Virus record (IMG/VR): IMGVR_UViG_3300032782_000001
Span: 62,001-126,000 of that record
Reading direction: 5' to 3' (one strand)
Length of the DNA stretch: 64,000 nt
Shown piece after piece: positions 1 to 10,544 of this stretch; within the stretch, counting starts at the first letter, position 1, and the number at the start of each line of letters is the position of its first letter. Below the pieces are notes generated by a model that worked only from the letters and a program-made list of their open reading frames with translations, did not search any database and was not told where the DNA came from. Position numbers and translations under genes: made by a program.

Positions 1-169
1 GGAAACGTCCCTTACGGACTCTTCGTATGGGAAGAAGGCGATCATAAGCACGTGCCCTTGAAGACTGGCGATCTATTCAAGTCGCTTGGCTTCTCCCCTG
101 ATGTCCGTGATTGGGCCCATTCCCTTCCTATTGTTGCACTTGAATTGTCAGCACTGAAGGCGTCATAAT

Positions 170-358
170 TTGCCATACGACAACGCTGGCTCAGCAATTT
201 TCCCCTTTACAGACGTTAAATGTTGGACATCCGTAGGTCCAATATTTTGCAAACGATGCGGCGGAAGTTACTGGATTGTAGATCAGCAAACCCAAGAAGA
301 GGCCCACACGCAACAAAAATGTGATTTGGCGATTGTGGAAGCGGTGATGGAATCATGA
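170..358 (+). CDS. small CxxC protein with VMES tail
   Basis: CKRCGG motif; ends CDLAIVEAVMES*; start uncertain. Confidence 0.6.
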   Translation: MPYDNAGSAIFPFTDVKCWTSVGPIFCKRCGGSYWIVDQQTQEEAHTQQKCDLAIVEAVMES

Positions 359-687
359 CCGTTAATGAATTGAAGAAGGCGATCATTAAGGCTAGTTGGA
401 AACAAATTATCGATTGGACCCTCCTTATCGACACTCTCCACGAACTCAAAGACACGACTAAAGGTCGTCGCTATGCTCGTACTGGATGGAAAGACCGTCA
501 CATCCGTCGGGGAGCCGTTCTAGCAGCTCTTTTCAGGACTTATATTCCGTTCGACTTCCAAGTGGAAGAAGCTCGCAAGCTTCTGAAGTATTACGCTGGC
601 CAAATCCGAGCGTATGAGGGGAAAGTCCCCATGAAGACTCGTGAAGCCATTTTCAATGAATCTGCCAAAAAGTGGCAAGCGGCATGA
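355..687 (+). CDS. hypothetical protein
   Basis: ATGA overlap with both neighbours. Confidence 0.6.
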   Translation: MTVNELKKAIIKASWKQIIDWTLLIDTLHELKDTTKGRRYARTGWKDRHIRRGAVLAALFRTYIPFDFQVEEARKLLKYYAGQIRAYEGKVPMKTREAIFNESAKKWQAA

Positions 688-1013
688 AACAAGAAGAATC
701 CAATTGTGACTCCGAAGAATCTGAATGCCCTGGAGATGGCAAGTGTCATGGGCCTATGCGTTGGTGCACGAGGTGCGGAGAAGTCGATCTGGTCTGCGAT
801 TTCCCGGAATGCGATTCTCATCCGAGAATTGGAGTAATTCAAAAGATTGTAGAATCATCGAGACGTGAAGTCCAAAGACTGGAATCTGAACTTCGACTCG
901 CTCGAAAAGAACTGGATGAAGCGGAGGAAAAGCTTTACCACTATCTTCGTGGTCCTTACCGGATGACTAAAGAATCTCGTCTGGATGTTATCCGAACCGT
1001 CATGGATTCATGA
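684..1013 (+). CDS. Cys-rich / coiled-coil protein with VMDS tail
   Basis: Cys cluster then heptads; ends IRTVMDS*. Confidence 0.65.
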   Translation: MKQEESNCDSEESECPGDGKCHGPMRWCTRCGEVDLVCDFPECDSHPRIGVIQKIVESSRREVQRLESELRLARKELDEAEEKLYHYLRGPYRMTKESRLDVIRTVMDS

Positions 1014-1014
1014 G

Positions 1015-1233
1015 ATGAAACAGTTCAAGTTAGGCATTGGGCTTCACGGGATAGTGAAAAAACATCGTTGGATTCGGACGTCTGAGTCTCAACGTCAACC
1101 TGGCGATGCTTATTATTTCAAATGGAAATGTCGGCGTTGCGATACTACAACGAGTTTCCGACGCAAGAAACCCAAGTCTCCTGAGTTCGGAGACTGTGCA
1201 GAAGCTATCATCCGTCAGGTGATGGACTCGTAG
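1015..1233 (+). CDS. HxW-CxxC zinc-finger-like protein with VMDS tail
   Basis: HRW...CRRC...DC; ends IRQVMDS*. Confidence 0.65.
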   Translation: MKQFKLGIGLHGIVKKHRWIRTSESQRQPGDAYYFKWKCRRCDTTTSFRRKKPKSPEFGDCAEAIIRQVMDS

Positions 1234-1266
1234 AGATCGGGCCTTTTATTCCGTAATGACATCGAG

Positions 1267-1893
1267 ATGAAACTCTCTAGGGTCATCCCATTCTTCCTGT
1301 TGTTCAATCTCGGATCCTGTTTCCAGGATCGGACGCCACAGAGTTCGAAGGAGATGCCTGCGCTATCTTCTCCGAGTCCGTCTGTTGTCGAATCCGTAGC
1401 GGCACCCGCGGCTACTCGCGCTCCCGTTGTGGAGACTTACTTTTCGCCGAAAGGTGGATGTACCGACGCCATCGTAGCTCGAATTGAGAAGTCCAAAAGC
1501 ATTCGGGTCCTCGCCTATTCTTTCACGTCTAAACCCATCATTGCCGCGCTCATTGTATCTCAACAGAAATATGGAGACGTCAAAGTTGTTCTGGATCGGG
1601 AGGACGAGGATTCGGATCAATCCAAACAGTTAATGGATGCGGGGATCCCTGTTTGGATCGATAAAATGCACGCCATCGCTCACCAGAAAGTCATGATCTT
1701 CGATGGTGAGATTACCGAAGAAGGTAGTTTCAATTACACGCAACAGGCAGAAACTAGTAACTCCGAGAATTGCAATTTCATCCACATTGGAGCAGTGTCT
1801 CAGGACTACCTCTCGAATTGGGAACTTCATCAATCCCATTCAGTAGTCCCGGGGACTACGCCCGTCTCCACGAAAAAGAAACGGTTCAAATAA
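1267..1893 (+). CDS. phospholipase D family (Nuc-like) nuclease, probable lipoprotein
   Basis: YFSPKGG, AYSFTS, HQKxxxxD and GSFNYT motifs; hydrophobic N-terminus ending LGSC. Confidence 0.85.
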   Translation: MKLSRVIPFFLLFNLGSCFQDRTPQSSKEMPALSSPSPSVVESVAAPAATRAPVVETYFSPKGGCTDAIVARIEKSKSIRVLAYSFTSKPIIAALIVSQQKYGDVKVVLDREDEDSDQSKQLMDAGIPVWIDKMHAIAHQKVMIFDGEITEEGSFNYTQQAETSNSENCNFIHIGAVSQDYLSNWELHQSHSVVPGTTPVSTKKKRFK

Positions 1894-2083
1894 TGGTAGA
1901 GAAGATTAAGGATTGTCCTTGCTATTCATGTCTGGATGACCCGGATGCTGGATTAGAAAATCCAGTCTTCCAGAGAATGGTTCTTTGCCCTATATGCGGA
2001 AACAAGCGTTGTCCTAAGGCAACGCTTCATTCCAATCCGTGTACCAAGTCCAATGACCCTGGACAGCCAGGCAGCCGATACGA

Positions 2084-2380
2084 CTAAGATCGCATTACGA
2101 ACCTGACCACGCATTCTGGATCTTCACACTCTTCTATCGGGATCTCGTGGGGTTTACAACACTCGATTTGAACCCCACATAACCAACAGTCCTTCTCCCA
2201 AACCCCTACCCGACTTGGGTGTTCGGATATAATCCCCTTCAAAGCGTGTTGTCCATCTTTAGCGAACGGACAGGGTTCTCCCTTCTTCTCCCATCTCCAC
2301 TGAATAGATTCTGTCACAATGTTGTCTTTAAGGGCCATGACCTGATCGGGATGACTTCCGATGACCGGAAGATACAACAT
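2084..2380 (-). CDS. Cys-rich protein with VMRS tail
   Basis: ends ECEDPECVVRFVMRS*. Confidence 0.6.
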   Translation of the reverse strand: MLYLPVIGSHPDQVMALKDNIVTESIQWRWEKKGEPCPFAKDGQHALKGIISEHPSRVGVWEKDCWLCGVQIECCKPHEIPIEECEDPECVVRFVMRS

Positions 2381-2847
2381 TCACATGTTTCGTAAAGAGT
2401 CCCTGCCCAGACGGTCTTAGTGAATTCGTTCTGTGGAAATTCAGGCACCGGATCGCCTTGCTTATGAACGATTTTCATTCCGGTACCGCCACAAGTCATA
2501 CATCGACCGTTTAGTTTCCAAATCATAGTTATTTTACTTCCTGAGCAAAAATGTCCAAAGCGTCGCGATAACAAGTCATATAATCCCCAATGATTTTTCC
2601 TTTTACGGGACCACTCGGAACTTCTCCTTTCTCCCAAGCAGCGAAAGCTTTGGCAAACTCTCTCATCTTTTTAGCCATGAATTTGGCTCTCCCGGAACCA
2701 ATTTTATCCAGCCTATAGGCAAAATCCGAGGCTGTCTGGTGCCAGACCGGATACATTCCTGAAGATCGAGTATCCTTCATGGCCCCCACACATAACGTCC
2801 AAAAATTCTATACGTAAACTGTAACGGTTCGGTTGTATTGACCTGGA

Positions 2848-3168
2848 ATGGATACCATTCAGTTCGTCCCTGAACGAGTTGAATTCCATTGTTCCGTATG
2901 CGGACTTTCGAAGTTCAATATGGCACGTGCTGACGTCTTCGTTTATGTGCGGAGGTCCAATAACCCTGACCCTCGATCATTTCCCACTGATTTATGGTCC
3001 GAAAAAGACATTCTTAAACAGTTCTACGTCGAATCGCGATGTTCAAGACATGTGGCTTCTCATCAACGACCTGCCATTCCTTACGATAAAGGTAAGCAGC
3101 TCGCGTGGAGAGGACTCTCCGAAGAAGAACGACGCCTCATCATTGTGCAATCAGTCATGGAGTCTTGA
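2848..3168 (+). CDS. CxxC protein with VMES tail
   Basis: CSVCG; ends VQSVMES*. Confidence 0.65.
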   Translation: MDTIQFVPERVEFHCSVCGLSKFNMARADVFVYVRRSNNPDPRSFPTDLWSEKDILKQFYVESRCSRHVASHQRPAIPYDKGKQLAWRGLSEEERRLIIVQSVMES

Positions 3169-3169
3169 C

Positions 3170-3661
3170 ATGTTTGAATCTGCTTGTCACTTCACCATGA
3201 AAGAATCTGTCGTCCGTAATTGTATTACGGGGGACGGTGAGGTCATCAGACTAAGTGTTAATGTATGCCTGACCGCTCAAATTGAATCCTATGGGATTAT
3301 CTGGAAAGTCACTGAAGAACGATGGGTCAAAGGTCTAAACGATGTTTATGAATCTGCGATCTTCACCGTGGGCACATGGCATTGTAATTTCCATGTCGGG
3401 TCGTATTATGATGATCCTGAATGGCTTGGCCGAATGGTTAAGACTAACGTAGTAGCAATCACCAAAGCCATCGGTATGATTGCCACCAAAGAGTCGGGGG
3501 ATCTTATTTATGATATTTTCATGGGGTTGTATTATCCTTCAGAACGAGAAGACCAGTACAACTCCTGGGTGAAAGAATCCGCTCCGGAAATTCATGAGAA
3601 AATGATTAACAACCTGCGAATGCGGAACATGCAAACCGTTCGAGAGGTAATGGAGGCGTGA
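3170..3661 (+). CDS. hypothetical protein with VMEA tail
   Basis: ATG at 3170 directly after the upstream stop; ends VREVMEA*. Confidence 0.65.
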   Translation: MFESACHFTMKESVVRNCITGDGEVIRLSVNVCLTAQIESYGIIWKVTEERWVKGLNDVYESAIFTVGTWHCNFHVGSYYDDPEWLGRMVKTNVVAITKAIGMIATKESGDLIYDIFMGLYYPSEREDQYNSWVKESAPEIHEKMINNLRMRNMQTVREVMEA

Positions 3662-4332
3662 TGGAAAAACCTCCGCTCCATCTCGTCATTTCTTACGTGC
3701 CACTTCTTACCGGAGAGGCCGGTTCTCATGTTGAGGCGGATTCCGATCAGATGTCGGACCTGTTTAAGAAGATCGACAGTCTTCCTAGTGGATTCGCGGA
3801 TGCCATTCTATGGAGTCAGTCGTCTGAAGGAGATCCATGGCCTATTTTCGTGATGGAAGATGCTAACCGAATCTTGGATCATCTGGTCGACTGGTCCGAA
3901 GGATCACCTACCTCGTGGTTCGATTTCAGGCTGCATTCCAGAGGCAGTGACTACGCCATGGCTCTCATGCCTAAAGTTGAGAAGTCTATTGATAGGTATA
4001 AACTCGCCATCGGAATGCAAACTGGCATTACTCCACCCAAAGATGGTAATTACAAAGTCTTGTTCAAAAGTATTCATTTCTCCAGTACGCCTGGAGAAAC
4101 TTCTACTTTTAGCATTGTGAAACCAATGATGAAGTCTAGTGTGAAAATTGGGTTTCTCGAAAAATCAGAGCTGGGTGCCAACGGTGAGATTCCGGGGGAT
4201 TTTGATCCAAAGAAAATTTACTGGATCGGACCTTTTGACGTCCAACCTGATTACCAGAACTTCCTCGCCAACATGCTACCGAAGAAGTCCAAGAATCGTC
4301 AGAAATTCGAACGCAGAGCTCGTCGAGGATAG
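3658..4332 (+). CDS. hypothetical protein
   Basis: 224 aa ORF coupled to the upstream stop. Confidence 0.65.
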   Translation: MMEKPPLHLVISYVPLLTGEAGSHVEADSDQMSDLFKKIDSLPSGFADAILWSQSSEGDPWPIFVMEDANRILDHLVDWSEGSPTSWFDFRLHSRGSDYAMALMPKVEKSIDRYKLAIGMQTGITPPKDGNYKVLFKSIHFSSTPGETSTFSIVKPMMKSSVKIGFLEKSELGANGEIPGDFDPKKIYWIGPFDVQPDYQNFLANMLPKKSKNRQKFERRARRG

Positions 4333-4350
4333 CGTTCTAGAAGAACACTA

Positions 4351-4887
4351 ATGAGTCGCGCTCCTTTCCCATCTGGCGGCATTTCTTGCAAGATTTGTGA
4401 GAAGCATGTCGGTTATAACGCCGGGAAAGACGCCGATGTTGAATTTGGGAAATATAGGCGTTTTTGTTCCCACTGCAGACAGTGGGTTCATTATTGGTGT
4501 TTTGTTCCCTCGGAAGCTCTCTGTCTGGAATGCAGTGGACCAAGTTTGGCCGCTATGAAAATGGGGGTCGAAGATTTAGAATTCGGTACTCAAGACGAGA
4601 AGAATACTGCCCTTCTCGTCATGTCTGCCTGGTCCGTTGGAACTGATGAATCTGACCTCGCAAAGTTCACTGGTCTGTCAGAGGAATTCATCCATCCTCG
4701 AGCCGAGAGACTTCGTCAGTCCGGAGTTTGGTCTGAAGATGGCAAAATCATTATAGACGCGAGCGCAGATATGAAAGATTGCCGCCATCTTCAGATCGTC
4801 ATCATCCTTCACACCCTCTGTGCCGAAGGCATGATTGTCTGCTCCAACAAGGAACATCGTGGAGACTCCGAAGAAAAAGTCATTTAG
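4351..4887 (+). CDS. CxxC-rich protein with possible HTH-like C-terminus
   Basis: three CxxC pairs; LAKFTGLSEE segment. Confidence 0.55.
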   Translation: MSRAPFPSGGISCKICEKHVGYNAGKDADVEFGKYRRFCSHCRQWVHYWCFVPSEALCLECSGPSLAAMKMGVEDLEFGTQDEKNTALLVMSAWSVGTDESDLAKFTGLSEEFIHPRAERLRQSGVWSEDGKIIIDASADMKDCRHLQIVIILHTLCAEGMIVCSNKEHRGDSEEKVI

Positions 4888-5115
4888 GCAAATTCTTCGA
4901 GAACACGGGTTCTCCCTCTCTGAGGAAGCTCAGGCTGCCTGCGGCATCCTTGCGGTTCCCGGTGATTACACCTTCATGCCTGAAGATTGTGAAGACGATT
5001 ATTTGATCGGATTCGTTGAAGGTCGTTACGACAGCATAAATGCTGGAAACGATAAACTCGTTGCAAAGGAAAAAGAGCAAGCTCGTGAAGAACTTCGACG
5101 TCGAGGATCCCTGAA

Positions 5116-5310
5116 ATGATCGAGAAGAAAAACGAGAAGTCGGTGAAGGATCTCTTCAAATTCAAGGGGTCCATGGGCCTTATTCGGATTATTCACCCGG
5201 ACACGGAGCATCCCGTCTATTTCAAACATCACGTGAACAAAGACGGGACTCGTGTGGAAAACCCCTGTTGCCATCCGATGTGCATTGTTCGGGATGTCAT
5301 GGAGTCGTGA
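5116..5310 (+). CDS. small protein with VMES tail
   Basis: ends CCHPMCIVRDVMES*. Confidence 0.65.
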   Translation: MIEKKNEKSVKDLFKFKGSMGLIRIIHPDTEHPVYFKHHVNKDGTRVENPCCHPMCIVRDVMES

Positions 5311-5564
5311 TTCCTCGCGAGAAATGCAGCGTTCCTGAGAAGTGCAATATTCCTGATCATCCTACTTACGGACCCGAATATTGGCAGCTCGTTGCTGGTC
5401 GGGCCACGCGATTCTTTATTCGCAATCAGCAAAGCGCTCCCCTCACTTGGCCTAATGAAATGGCCGTCTGTGATATTTGCTACAGGAAGTTTCCACAGAT
5501 TCGAGATTACTGTATTGAAATAACCTACGAAGACTGGGTTGTACTCACAGTCATGGAGGCGTGA
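5307..5564 (+). CDS. Cys protein with VMEA tail
   Basis: GTGA overlap; ends VLTVMEA*. Confidence 0.6.
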   Translation: MIPREKCSVPEKCNIPDHPTYGPEYWQLVAGRATRFFIRNQQSAPLTWPNEMAVCDICYRKFPQIRDYCIEITYEDWVVLTVMEA

Positions 5565-5791
5565 TGCCTAAAGACAAATCTGTGGGGAAGAAAGCCATTC
5601 ATAGGTGGGAACTGGCCGAAAACGGGCCCGGTTTCGATGATATGCGAGCTTACGTTTGCAAGCGTTGCGGTGTTGGCCCAGTGACTGTCCGAGTCTTGGA
5701 CGGGAAATTCAGTATTAACAAAACCGCCAAACAACAAGGCATCTCATCGGACTGCAATTTCGAGACAGTAAAGGGCGTGATGGAATCCTGA
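5561..5791 (+). CDS. HxW-CxxCG zinc-finger-like protein with VMES tail
   Basis: HRW...CKRCG...DC; ends VKGVMES*. Confidence 0.65.
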   Translation: MMPKDKSVGKKAIHRWELAENGPGFDDMRAYVCKRCGVGPVTVRVLDGKFSINKTAKQQGISSDCNFETVKGVMES

Positions 5792-5792
5792 G

Positions 5793-6008
5793 ATGAGGTG
5801 CCATGGCCGCCATCCAGGAGTGGCTTTCACGGTATTTGGTCCATGTAATAATGAAGCCGTTAAACTCATTAACTGTCCATCCTTGCCATGGAGTGGTCAA
5901 AAGAACACAATCCGACCGATTTGTGAAGAATGCGCTTCAGACGCACCTGACGGTAGTCGAATTCTGAGTTCTGAAGAATTCATTGTTTGGGAGATCATGG
6001 AGAGTTGA
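5793..6008 (+). CDS. Cys protein with IMES tail
   Basis: CEEC; ends VWEIMES*. Confidence 0.65.
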   Translation: MRCHGRHPGVAFTVFGPCNNEAVKLINCPSLPWSGQKNTIRPICEECASDAPDGSRILSSEEFIVWEIMES

Positions 6009-6248
6009 CATCATCGGACGTTTGTCCGGTGTAGCTTGCATTATGGACGATCTATCCATGGAATTTAAGCAATCTGAAGGCCGCGTTTCCATCATCGCCC
6101 GGAATCGTTCTTTATCGTTCTCGGGCACCGGAGCGAATCAAGAACATGCAGTCCGGAGCTTAGAGAATGCTCTTCGTGGGCAACTCGGGCCGAATTTCGA
6201 CTTTCAAATTCACCCGGATAAGCAACGGGTGGAAATTCGGCCCAAGCC

Positions 6249-6518
6249 GTGAAGCATGAATGGAAAAAGCCGGTCCCATGTGATCCGGCCCCACGTCTCC
6301 AAAAGACGTGCTCTAAATGCGGACTCCAAGTCAGTTTCACACTTGCTGGAGACGCAGTCACTAATCGGGCCGTCTTTATCGACGGTCAATGGAATTTCTC
6401 CATCAAGAAAGATCCGGAGTGCGTTCGTCATGCACCCCGTAGTCCAAAGGTGAAACGAGAATTCACCGAGGCCCAGAGATTCACTTTCCAAGCGCCGATC
6501 AGGAAATCTGAATCGTAG
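6249..6518 (+). CDS. HxW-CxxCG zinc-finger-like protein (no tail)
   Basis: HEW...CSKCG...EC. Confidence 0.6.
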   Translation: MKHEWKKPVPCDPAPRLQKTCSKCGLQVSFTLAGDAVTNRAVFIDGQWNFSIKKDPECVRHAPRSPKVKREFTEAQRFTFQAPIRKSES

Positions 6519-6532
6519 ATGTAAATCTTCGA

Positions 6533-6952
6533 ATGTCGCCTGAAAAGTCAGACCTAAGTGAACTCGATCAGGCCACGGAAGACCTCAACGAAGGTCTTCT
6601 TCAAGCCGAATCGGCCCTTCGGTCTAGAAATCTTGGAGTTTCCGCAGGCATCACGTTCCTTCATAATAGCCGGATTTGCATGCTTTATTTTAAAAAGCGT
6701 GGTGATGAATGGTGTTTCATCGTCTCTGGACCTGACGTTCCGGAAACTCATCTCTTGTCTGCTTCAAGATCCTTACGAGTGGAAGCGGCAGCACACCTTC
6801 GAGAGCTGTACAAAGCAATGGTTTCTGAAGAACAGAACCAACTCGAAGTTGTCAACAAAGCCATTAAAGACGTTTACAACTTCATCGGCGATGTGAATGC
6901 CAATAACTTGGATTTCGGGCGACTCTGGCCGCCCGACCTCAGAAATCCATAA
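6533..6952 (+). CDS. hypothetical protein
   Basis: 139 aa ORF. Confidence 0.6.
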   Translation: MSPEKSDLSELDQATEDLNEGLLQAESALRSRNLGVSAGITFLHNSRICMLYFKKRGDEWCFIVSGPDVPETHLLSASRSLRVEAAAHLRELYKAMVSEEQNQLEVVNKAIKDVYNFIGDVNANNLDFGRLWPPDLRNP

Positions 6953-7142
6953 CCTCTTGGACCGACTTTGCCGCATGATGGAGCGCATCCAACGCTCTCA
7001 GCCCGAAGAGAAATTCTTCAGCTTCTGCAGCTGACTTCTTTTCTAACTCGTGCCATTTCTCGAACATTTTCGAAATAATGCGCTTTCGACGGCCCCTCGG
7101 AAGATTCATAAATACTAAGATGTCTTTGTCGTACATTTCCAT
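6939..7142 (-). CDS. small protein with VMDF tail
   Basis: ends VQEVMDF*. Confidence 0.55.
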   Translation of the reverse strand: MEMYDKDILVFMNLPRGRRKRIISKMFEKWHELEKKSAAEAEEFLFGLRALDALHHAAKSVQEVMDF

Positions 7143-7191
7143 ACATTATCCTACATTTAAAAAGTCTAAGATTTTGCGTGTACCTTGAACC

Positions 7192-8400
7192 ATGACGTAT
7201 GAACTTGTCGAGGGTGGACGAGTCCCTATTAAGGCATGGACTCAGGGTGTGAAGTTTGAAGCAGGAGCCAAACTCCAGCTCATCAAAACGGCCATGCTTC
7301 CAATCGTGCACGGGCACATCGCGGTCATGCCCGATGTCCATTATGGCATCGGAGCGACTGTCGGAAGTGTTATTCCAACCTTGAAAGCCATTATCCCGGC
7401 CGCGGTCGGAGTAGACATTGGCTGCGGAATGATGGCCGTTCGTACGACCTTATCCGCTGATGACCTTCCAGATAAGGCAGACGAACTCTTGTTCACCCAT
7501 ATCTCGGCAGCCGTCCCGCATGGAGGAGGGAAGGATAAGGCGGTCGGTTCATGGCAGAAAGTGCCAAAATACGTCAACGAGGCGTGGGGAGGTATTGCTC
7601 CGGGGCTCGACGGCATTCTGCGTCGTCATGGGCGCTCCTTGATGCCGAACGCAGAAGGGCAGCTCGGGACGCTCGGCGGAGGTAACCACTTCGTAGAAGT
7701 TTGCCTGGACCAGAATCAACGGGTTTGGTTCATGCTCCATTCCGGTTCCCGTGGCATTGGAAATCGGATCGGAACGCATTTCATCGAGCTGGCCAAGAAA
7801 GATATGGCTCGACTTGATCGCAGACTCCCTGACAAGGACCTTGCATACCTTGAGGAAGGTACTGAACATTTCGACGATTACGTTCAGGCGGTCACGTGGG
7901 CCCAAGACTATGCCCGCATTAATCGTGAACTGATGATGCGCGCGGTGGTGGATGCAGTTCGGAAGTCTGGTCTGCCGAAGTTCACTCTCACTGATGTTGC
8001 AGTGAATTGTCATCACAATTACGTCGCCCGCGAGACCCACTTCGGCGAGGAAGTGTGGGTTACAAGGAAAGGCGCTGTCCGTGCCCAGAAGGGCGACATG
8101 GGGATCATTCCCGGATCTATGGGCGCCAAGAGTTACATCGTTCGCGGAAAAGGGAACCCTGACAGTTTCAATTCTTGCTCGCACGGAGCGGGTCGCGTAA
8201 TGGCTCGAGGTGAAGCCAAGAGAACTATTACGCTCGAACAACACCGGGCGGATACCGCGGGGGTTGCCTGCCGCAAGGACAAAGAAGTTGTCGATGAAAG
8301 CCCGTCCGCTTACAAGCCTATCGACGATGTCATGGCCGCTCAGTCCGACCTCGTTGATATCGTCTTCACCCTCAAACAAATCACGTGTGTCAAAGGCTAA
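7192..8400 (+). CDS. rtcB: RtcB RNA 2',3'-cyclic phosphate/5'-OH ligase
   Basis: MPDVHYG, VGVDIGCG, GTLGGGNHF, HSGSRG, HHNY, TRKGA, PGSMG, SCSHGAGR, AYKPI motifs. Confidence 0.97.
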   Translation: MTYELVEGGRVPIKAWTQGVKFEAGAKLQLIKTAMLPIVHGHIAVMPDVHYGIGATVGSVIPTLKAIIPAAVGVDIGCGMMAVRTTLSADDLPDKADELLFTHISAAVPHGGGKDKAVGSWQKVPKYVNEAWGGIAPGLDGILRRHGRSLMPNAEGQLGTLGGGNHFVEVCLDQNQRVWFMLHSGSRGIGNRIGTHFIELAKKDMARLDRRLPDKDLAYLEEGTEHFDDYVQAVTWAQDYARINRELMMRAVVDAVRKSGLPKFTLTDVAVNCHHNYVARETHFGEEVWVTRKGAVRAQKGDMGIIPGSMGAKSYIVRGKGNPDSFNSCSHGAGRVMARGEAKRTITLEQHRADTAGVACRKDKEVVDESPSAYKPIDDVMAAQSDLVDIVFTLKQITCVKG

Positions 8401-8416
8401 TTTCGGTCCATCTCCC

Positions 8417-8569
8417 GTGGCTGCTCTCTATAAGCTGACGAAGCTCATGGAGAAAGCCGGATGGAAAGTGAAGCCTTCTGGTGATGCCATAATCATCTGT
8501 CCACATGATAAACAATTTCAAGACTGTGAAGAGCCTGAGTGCGTCGTCCAACATGTCATGGAGTCTTGA
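8417..8569 (+). CDS. small protein with VMES tail
   Basis: ends DCEEPECVVQHVMES*; start uncertain (GTG 8417 or ATG 8447). Confidence 0.55.
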   Translation: MAALYKLTKLMEKAGWKVKPSGDAIIICPHDKQFQDCEEPECVVQHVMES

Positions 8570-8884
8570 ATGGAGAAGTCACTCACTTTGGATAATCCTG
8601 GCCCCGGACCATTCCGACTCTTTCACACGTTGAAAGGTAAGAAGGGTCGTTACTATTTCCGAGGATATTGCATCATCGGTCCGATGTGCGGTGGAACGCG
8701 CGAAGAGGCTATGACTTTCCGCACTGCACGTGAGACTCTCGGGATTACCGCAGATTGGAGGGCAATGACTCTAAAAATCGAGAACGATGAAGGCAATATC
8801 GTTGATCGATTCGACCTACCAAAGAATTCTGAAGTGACGAAAATGCGCAAGAAAGCTTCCAAATCTCAAAATCGGTCTAAATGA
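8570..8884 (+). CDS. hypothetical protein
   Basis: ORF abutting the upstream stop. Confidence 0.55.
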   Translation: MEKSLTLDNPGPGPFRLFHTLKGKKGRYYFRGYCIIGPMCGGTREEAMTFRTARETLGITADWRAMTLKIENDEGNIVDRFDLPKNSEVTKMRKKASKSQNRSK

Positions 8885-8893
8885 GGTGGAGTC

Positions 8894-9262
8894 ATGGCAA
8901 CCAAAAAGACCAGCAAGATCCGGAAGACTGACACGAAACCGGTTCAGGAAATCCGGTTCGTCAACGAACAAATCCCAGTACCTGAAGGTAACAGTGAACG
9001 CCACCTATTTAAGGTGACACTGGTCGTCCTGGCGGATTCTCGATGTGGGCCCGACCAAGTTCTCACTCACGTCATGGGAGGATGCCTAAGGCATCCCATT
9101 TCCCTTCCCGTCGTGGATGGATATGGTGCAGAAGTCAAGAATCTGACTTTGACCGGCCCCAGTCGTCGCAAATACAAGCACGGCGGTGCTGTCTATTGCA
9201 CCGGCTTCAAAAATAAGCCGGTGCCTAAAGACAAAGTGCCTGTCATCCAAATTGTTGAATAA
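8894..9262 (+). CDS. hypothetical protein
   Basis: GAGGTGGAG SD before ATG. Confidence 0.6.
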   Translation: MATKKTSKIRKTDTKPVQEIRFVNEQIPVPEGNSERHLFKVTLVVLADSRCGPDQVLTHVMGGCLRHPISLPVVDGYGAEVKNLTLTGPSRRKYKHGGAVYCTGFKNKPVPKDKVPVIQIVE

Positions 9263-10540
9263 CTACTTCCAAACGCCATCGCGCACAGCGTTCGGATGCT
9301 TCTTCAACTTGATCTTGTTCTTCGGGTCAGTAGACTGATTCTCGGGGAGAATCGGGATCTTCTTCTCCTTCGTGAATTCAGCTACGCTCTTGAGGTTTTT
9401 GGTCTTATCCGTTCCACTGTGGGATGAGACCTTTTCTTCGTAATATTCAAACCATGGGTAACCCTTGGCCGTGTACATTGCGGCCGAGATAGGAGTCGTC
9501 GGAGGCTTTTGTCCCGTTACCTGCTCCCATCCGAGGGAATTTGCCATGTGAACGAAGCAACGGGATTTTTCCGTCTTATGCCAAACGTCGAGACCGTGCG
9601 GGTCCTCAAAGACTTGTTGCTTCATTCTGCCGCCCGGAGCGAGACCCATATCGATCTGGGCTCCCACTTCCTCGCTGACACCGCGAGAGAGGTCTTCCAT
9701 TGAGTCCATCGACATGGTTGCGCCGATTAATGCGTCCGCGTACATTTCTGGCCTCTTAGTACGAGCTTCGGCATCGCTCAACATTGTGATGGTGTTGCAT
9801 ACGTAGTTTTGACTCTCAAGGGTTTTAGTTGCAGAAGATGCAGAGATTTTGGAACGCAACGAGAAATTCGTTTTGGCTTCCAAAAGATCACCCGAAAAAG
9901 AGTTGTTCGTCACGACTGATGAGTAGACACCTGGGAGTCCACAGAACGGGAACTTCCCTCCACCTCCGAAGCTCTGAACAGTTAAACCTCTCAAGATCCC
10001 GTGTGGATTCTTCTTGTCGAAGGCTTCACGCGACATTGGAATGACTTCGATTTGGAGCCCTCCGAATTCGGCTTTGCCCGTGATCTGTTCCTCAGCTGTC
10101 ACTCCGAGTCCGAGAGGGGCCGCAACGAACTGCCTAACAGTCCCGTCCTCGATTACGTAACCATCAAGCCAAGGCTGCTCGGGACAAACAAGGTAGTCCT
10201 TCTCCCGGAGCTTTTTGGACCATGGCTTTCCAGTGATTGCGCTGCATTTACCAGTGGCGACTTTCACCGCGCACGGGTAATTGGTTTGGAACCCGAGCCA
10301 AAGAGCTTCACTCTGATAGAGAGGAACCATGACGCCGCCACGACCAACCCATTTCTTCGGGACGCGGTTGGAGAAGTCGTCAACATGGCGCGTAGGGAAT
10401 GCCCCGAGGCTGGGAGGAAGCGGATAATCTTTCCCATCGTCCGGAATCCGAAGAGTCCGGTGCAAGGTCACCGTCATGACGGCGTCCGGATGAACTTCAG
10501 GAAAACGGAAAACGAGACAGTCATTCTTGAGTTCGAGCAT
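9263..10540 (-). CDS. conserved protein of unknown function
   Basis: RTLRIPDDGKDYPLPP, QPWLDG, VRQFVA, MGLAPGGRMKQ blocks, recalled from a widespread uncharacterised family. Confidence 0.75.
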   Translation of the reverse strand: MLELKNDCLVFRFPEVHPDAVMTVTLHRTLRIPDDGKDYPLPPSLGAFPTRHVDDFSNRVPKKWVGRGGVMVPLYQSEALWLGFQTNYPCAVKVATGKCSAITGKPWSKKLREKDYLVCPEQPWLDGYVIEDGTVRQFVAAPLGLGVTAEEQITGKAEFGGLQIEVIPMSREAFDKKNPHGILRGLTVQSFGGGGKFPFCGLPGVYSSVVTNNSFSGDLLEAKTNFSLRSKISASSATKTLESQNYVCNTITMLSDAEARTKRPEMYADALIGATMSMDSMEDLSRGVSEEVGAQIDMGLAPGGRMKQQVFEDPHGLDVWHKTEKSRCFVHMANSLGWEQVTGQKPPTTPISAAMYTAKGYPWFEYYEEKVSSHSGTDKTKNLKSVAEFTKEKKIPILPENQSTDPKNKIKLKKHPNAVRDGVWK

Positions 10541-10544
10541 GGTT